NCBI GenBank assembly: GCA_041441915.1
Contig: JASDRS010000017.1
Span: 63,016-127,015 of the forward strand
Length of the DNA: 64,000 nt
Reading direction: 5' to 3'
DNA from: Paracoccaceae bacterium
Lineage (GTDB): Bacteria > Pseudomonadota > Alphaproteobacteria > Rhodobacterales > Rhodobacteraceae
Positions 60,125 to 64,000 of this stretch are shown here, piece after piece. The translations under genes and the position numbers were made by a program. A model generated the notes under the pieces. It ran no database searches. It saw nothing but the letters and a program-made list of their open reading frames with translations, and had not been told where the DNA came from. Numbering within the stretch: position 1 is the stretch's first letter; each line of letters starts with the position of its first letter.

Positions 60125-60685
60125 GTGTCAGAACCAGCTTCGATCTCTGCCAGTATTGCTTCGCGTTATGCGACTGCGATGTTTAATTTGGCAAAAGAAG
60201 GTAAAGCGCTTCCCGCGCTTGCATTAGATATAGATGCGATAGAGGTCGCTTTGAAGGTCAGCAAAGACTTGTCTATGATGATTGCCTCGCCGTTGGTGAG
60301 CCGTGATGATCAAGGCAAGGCAGTGGTTGCACTTGCATCTGCTATGGGCCTGTCGCAAATTGCGGCACATACTATGTCTTTGATGGCGCAAAATCGGCGC
60401 TTGTTCGCATTACCGCATTTGATTACTGATGTGCGCGGGCGCATTGCAGCAGAAAACGGCGAAATGACTGCTGAGGTAATTTCAGTTGTTAAATTGTCTG
60501 CTGCGCAGGCTAAAAAACTTGCTGCAACGCTTAAAGCCAGCGTTGGAAAAGAAGTAAAATTATCAATCGTTGTCGATGAATCCCTCATCGGCGGTCTTAT
60601 CGTCAAGCTCGGCTCGACTATGATTGACACGTCAATCAAATCGAAGCTCGCAGCTCTTCAGAATGCAATGAAAGAGGTCGGATAA
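60125..60685 (+). CDS. atpH: F0F1 ATP synthase subunit delta (OSCP)
   Basis: The start is reassigned to GTG 60125 (VSEPASISASIASRYATAMF), giving the usual ~186 aa. The gene is immediately followed by atpA. Confidence 0.85.
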   Translation: MSEPASISASIASRYATAMFNLAKEGKALPALALDIDAIEVALKVSKDLSMMIASPLVSRDDQGKAVVALASAMGLSQIAAHTMSLMAQNRRLFALPHLITDVRGRIAAENGEMTAEVISVVKLSAAQAKKLAATLKASVGKEVKLSIVVDESLIGGLIVKLGSTMIDTSIKSKLAALQNAMKEVG

Positions 60686-62224
60686 ATGGGTATCCAAGCT
60701 GCTGAGATCTCCGCGATCCTTAAAGAGCAGATTAAAAATTTTGGTAAAGACGCAGCCGTAGCCGAAGTTGGACGCGTCCTGTCCGTGGGCGATGGTATCG
60801 CGCGCGTGCACGGACTTGATAATGTGCAAGCCGGTGAGATGGTGGAATTTACTGGGGGTATCCGTGGGATGGCCTTGAACCTTGAAGTTGACAACGTTGG
60901 TGTTGTTATTTTTGGGGATGACCGCTCGATCAAAGAGGGGGACACTGTCAAGCGCACCAAGTCGATCGTTGACGTTCCCGTAGGCGATGGTCTTTTGGGT
61001 CGTGTCGTCGACGGTTTGGGTAACCCGATCGATGGCAAAGGCCCGATCGTTTCGACTGAACGTCGCGTCGCTGACGTGAAAGCTCCTGGCATCATCCCCC
61101 GTAAATCGGTGCATGAGCCTATGGCAACAGGCCTTAAATCTGTCGACGCAATGATTCCAGTTGGCCGTGGTCAGCGCGAATTGATCATTGGTGATCGCCA
61201 AACAGGCAAAACAGCCATCGCTCTGGATACGATTTTGAACCAAAAGTCTTATAACAAGGCTGCGGCCAAAGACGAAGGCAAAAAACTTTACTGCATCTAT
61301 GTTGCAATTGGGCAGAAACGCTCGACCGTTGCGCAGCTGGTTAAAAAACTGGAAGAAACTGGCGCACTTGAATACACAATTGTTGTGGCTGCGACTGCTT
61401 CTGATCCTGCCCCCTTACAATTCTTGGCGCCCTATGCGGCAACATCAATGGCAGAATATTTCCGCGACAACGGACGTCACGCCTTGATCATCTATGATGA
61501 CTTGTCGAAGCAAGCAGTGGCTTACCGCCAAATGTCGTTGCTTTTACGCCGTCCACCCGGCCGTGAAGCCTATCCTGGTGACGTGTTTTATCTTCACTCG
61601 CGCTTGTTAGAGCGTTCGGCTAAATTGAACGATGAAAATGGGTCTGGTTCTTTGACAGCTTTGCCTATCATTGAAACCCAAGGTGGTGACGTGTCGGCCT
61701 TTATTCCGACAAATGTTATATCAATTACAGACGGTCAAATTTTCTTGGAAACAGAATTGTTCTACCAAGGTATTCGTCCTGCGGTTAACACTGGTCTTTC
61801 GGTGTCGCGGGTTGGGTCCTCGGCGCAGACAGATGCAATGAAATCTGTGGCAGGTCCAGTGAAGCTGGAATTGGCGCAATACCGCGAAATGGCCGCCTTT
61901 GCTCAATTTGGTTCGGATTTGGATGCGTCGACACAGCAACTTTTGAACCGTGGGGCGCGTTTGACAGAGCTGATGAAACAGCCCCAATACGCGCCTTTGA
62001 CCAACGCCGAGATCGTCTGTGTTATTTTTGCGGGCACTAAAGGTTATTTGGACAAAATTGCTGTTAACGACGTGAGCCGTTTTGAAGCTGGTTTGTTGCA
62101 GTATTTACGCAAAACTGACAAAGATTTACTCGAAGACATCACCAAAAACGACCGCAAGGTAAAGGGCGATCTTGAAGTTAAAATCAAGGCAGCACTTGAC
62201 GATTTTGCGAAAGACTTCGCCTAA
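60686..62224 (+). CDS. atpA: F0F1 ATP synthase subunit alpha
   Basis: 512 aa with the P-loop GDRQTGKT and the rest of the protein resembling AtpA. Confidence 0.97.
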   Translation: MGIQAAEISAILKEQIKNFGKDAAVAEVGRVLSVGDGIARVHGLDNVQAGEMVEFTGGIRGMALNLEVDNVGVVIFGDDRSIKEGDTVKRTKSIVDVPVGDGLLGRVVDGLGNPIDGKGPIVSTERRVADVKAPGIIPRKSVHEPMATGLKSVDAMIPVGRGQRELIIGDRQTGKTAIALDTILNQKSYNKAAAKDEGKKLYCIYVAIGQKRSTVAQLVKKLEETGALEYTIVVAATASDPAPLQFLAPYAATSMAEYFRDNGRHALIIYDDLSKQAVAYRQMSLLLRRPPGREAYPGDVFYLHSRLLERSAKLNDENGSGSLTALPIIETQGGDVSAFIPTNVISITDGQIFLETELFYQGIRPAVNTGLSVSRVGSSAQTDAMKSVAGPVKLELAQYREMAAFAQFGSDLDASTQQLLNRGARLTELMKQPQYAPLTNAEIVCVIFAGTKGYLDKIAVNDVSRFEAGLLQYLRKTDKDLLEDITKNDRKVKGDLEVKIKAALDDFAKDFA

Positions 62225-62246
62225 GGGCGGGTCAGGAGAACGGTAG

Positions 62247-64000
<1,754 letters not shown>

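Noticed and set aside
60632-61243. 203-aa and 145-aa minus-strand ORFs opposite atpA
   Set aside because: They lie antisense to the highly conserved atpA and have no family resemblance.

Overview
This window reads as core chromosome from an alphaproteobacterium, most likely Rhodobacterales or roseobacter-like. That placement rests only on gene content and order (petABC, hisS-hisZ-hisG, atpHAGD, PuuD-type urate oxidase, DUF1489/DUF2125, alpha-type L36). No database search was possible and GC was not computed. Coding density is very high, and several gene pairs share or overlap stop codons.

Contents in order:
- amn 3' end, an HU-like gene, an EamA transporter, aroC.
- A TPP riboswitch followed by thiBPQ.
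- The cytochrome bc1 operon petABC.
- A decayed PaiB-family pseudogene.
- rpmJ (41 aa, absent from the ORF track) and tRNA-Val(GAC).
- An FGase-family amidohydrolase and a divergent GAPDH paralogue.
- A large purine and urate catabolic supercluster. It holds an NCS2 permease, allA, a bicupin ureidoglycine aminohydrolase, a puuE-uraD fusion, uraH, a LysR regulator and puuD. Further on, xdhABC is fused into one operon with a BMP-type ABC importer.
- Interrupting that supercluster: a galM-like gene, the Zur regulon (znuA / zur-znuC-znuB), dimethylglycine dehydrogenase and a DAO-family oxidoreductase.
- dnaE, an AbrB-like membrane protein, slyX, hisS-hisZ-hisG, DUF1489, class II RNR nrdJ, rpsD, hisC-tyrC, DUF2125, a chaC-like gene.
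- An orphan MotA/MotB-type gene pair.
- clpA, gloB, a SAM methyltransferase, and atpHAG plus the 5' part of atpD.

I found no rRNA, CRISPR array, transposase, integrase or prophage genes.

The best candidate for an uncharacterised system is the stator-like pair at 52836..55654. It combines a MotA/ExbB-like channel protein carrying a helical tail with a MotB-like protein that has a conserved-Asp TM, about 340 aa of coiled coil and an OmpA-like domain. No flagellar, Tol, TonB or Zorya partner genes lie nearby. Everything else is ordinary housekeeping with a few notable details, listed in the findings.
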